From the NCBI GenBank assembly GCA_904063045.1, contig CAJFCJ010000002.1, positions 2,475,891 through 2,539,890 of the forward strand: 64,000 nt of DNA, given 5' to 3'. This DNA is from Dimorphilus gyrociliatus (taxonomy: Eukaryota; Animalia; Annelida). Shown one piece after another: positions 62,326 through 64,000 of the stretch. Every line of letters starts with the position of its first letter. Position 1 is the first letter of the stretch. A program made the position numbers and the translations under genes. The notes beneath the pieces were generated by a model. It was not told where the DNA came from and did no database searches. It saw only the letters and a program-made list of their open reading frames with translations.

Positions 62326-63433
62326 CTATTGTCTAAATTTCACAACTTCTCTAACTTGTTCTGATGTTTCTTCCTCGTCTAAAGATGCATTACTCTCAAA
62401 GTATTCTTCGCATTCTTTCAGTACTTGGCGAACCTCTTCTGAGTTAATATCAACGCTAGTGAATTTTTCTTGTTCATCTTTTAATGCCCTCTCTTCAATT
62501 TTCTTTTGCAGTTCTCGTTTCTTAAATTTTTTTAATAATTCTAATGTTGGTTTTATGTCCTCTTCCCGTAATTCCAATGAAGTTGGTTGTAGGTGAAGTG
62601 CTTTACTAAACGATCGAATCGCCATAGATACTTCACCTAAATTTAATTGACATCTTCCAAGAGTTTGCCAAGCTAAATACCAATTGGGTTTATATTTTGC
62701 AGCTTCCTCAGCACTCTGAATTGCCGGCATTACTTCACCTAAGGCCATGTAGGCCTATTAAAAGTATCTTATTTTCCATTTTCCATCTCATTGTAAATTG
62801 AACTTAATAACAAAGTTACCTGGGCTTTCATTTCATGTATTTCTGCAACAGCGGAAACAAGTTGTAACGCTTGATTCCATTTGTCAATAGCTTCCCAGTA
62901 TCTGTTTTATTTTTCTCTTAAGGACCTTTCAAGGTGTCATTTTCTTTTTAAATAAAAAAAATATCACCTTTCGTTATCGGCTAAGGTACATCCTTCTCCT
63001 TTTAGACGTTGACATTTCGCTAGGGCGTCTTCAAGTTGTAATGCTGAAAAAAAAATGCTTTTATAGTTTATTTACAAAAAACATCTTTTTATCTTAAATT
63101 GTCTACAATTATAGGATCATTTCCTCTGTGTGAAAGACTCTTTCCTTTTATATCATTTTTATTTAGATTACGGGAAAATGATATCTTTATATGCTATTTC
63201 CTTTAAAATAGAGTAGCTTCTTTCTTTTCTATTCTAACTGGATAAATAACAAAAACGATTTATAAACCTGGCTTCTTCGGTCTCAATGTCAACCAATCTA
63301 TTCCTGTATCTTCGAGATCTTGGATAGTTGTTTCGTTAGCTGAATCGTTTTCAAACTGTTCTTTAATTGAATGGACTACAGTATCTCCCAGCTTCCTCTT
63401 CCATCCAAATTTTACTTTACCAGTATTCGTCAT
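62326..63433 (-). CDS. TTC33: Tetratricopeptide repeat protein 33, about 250 aa; exons 63433-63268, 63043-62968, 62901-62820, 62754-62326
   Basis: FGWKRKLG N-terminal motif, LKGEGCTLA..RYWEAIDKWNQAL, EMKAQ, WQTLGRCQLNLGEV..AIRSF, as in TTC33. Exons join in phase (753 nt). Confidence 0.9.
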
Positions 63434-63743
63434 TATATAAACTCTCGTTAATTTTTACGAACTACTAAATAAATCATCTAAAATCTATTTTTAAGAACTA
63501 AATAATGAGGGGCAAGCTACCAGTTGTTTTTTATACATCCAAGGAATATTTTACGCAAAAAGTAATTACAACTGTATAATACAGATGGCATTCAAAACCC
63601 AAAGACTATAGGCTAAAAAAAGCGGCGTCTGATTGGCGTCCCGTATTATAATGCAACAGTCGTCTGACTGTCTATTACAGTGTTGCAGTATTTGGAGAAA
63701 GCTGTTACGATTACTTTTTGGAAGATAAATTTCTCTGGAAACA

Positions 63744-64000
63744 ATGAGCAAACCAATTGTAGGTAAGTAGCATAACTGTTCTAATAGAAAAGAAATAATC
63801 TATAACAAGAGGAGAATAAGAGAAAATTTTAACCATAATTTACGAATTGTTAAACGAAATCAGTATAAAATTATCATACCATTCTGAGGATTACAATGTA
63901 AAGAAACAAACGAAATTCGTTTATATCATTAATCAGCAGCCTTGACTCACAGCGTTAATAAATCATTAATAACTTGTCCTTTAATGCCCTGGTCGGATGG
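63744..64000 (+). CDS. Probable 5' end of an unidentified gene head-to-head with TTC33 (exon 63744-63762; next exon from 63937 or 63940, truncated by the window)
   Basis: ACAATG start, 19-nt exon followed by GTAAGT, a CAGCAG acceptor, and a frame open to the window end (MSKPIVAALTHSVNKSLITCPLMPWSD...). CCAAT box at about 63630. Confidence 0.4.

Noticed and set aside
63948-64000. Minus-strand PSDQGIKGQVINDLLTL, superficially like TTLL4 (IKGQ..DLL)
   Set aside because: Only 17 aa, with no room for a TTLL C-terminus before TTC33; the plus-strand model has better start and splice signals.
1-64000. CRISPR arrays, rRNA, operon-like or prokaryotic defence systems, intact transposases
   Set aside because: The sequence is clearly spliced animal DNA. 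There is no repeat-spacer array or rRNA motif, and no RT, transposase or terminal inverted repeat was seen.

Overview
AT-rich animal genomic DNA, most likely a bilaterian invertebrate with a compact genome; the species cannot be determined from sequence. Gene order: a four-coding-exon CCK/gastrin/sulfakinin-type GPCR (+), FoxD (+), a single-exon ankyrin-repeat gene (-), a ten-exon CBWD/ZNG1 zinc GTPase (-), a decayed intronless rhodopsin-class GPCR pseudogene missed by the ORF track (-), Lbx/ladybird (+), eIF3a with a 13-15-aa C-terminal tandem repeat (+), a possible small secreted-peptide gene (-), TTC33 (-), and probably the 5' end of a head-to-head gene at the right edge (+). Housekeeping introns are mostly 52-121 nt; the receptor and Lbx have introns up to 3.5 and 6.2 kb. 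The most striking non-coding signals are about 11 CTCF-type motifs, all intergenic, with divergent pairs on both sides of CBWD, and an identical 20-bp GC-box element plus CCAAT box shared, inverted, by the FoxD and Lbx promoters. There is no evidence for rRNA, tRNA, CRISPR or an intact transposon. All exon boundaries were inferred by eye from GT-AG signals, phase and protein-family motifs. Enrichment figures are rough hand estimates.
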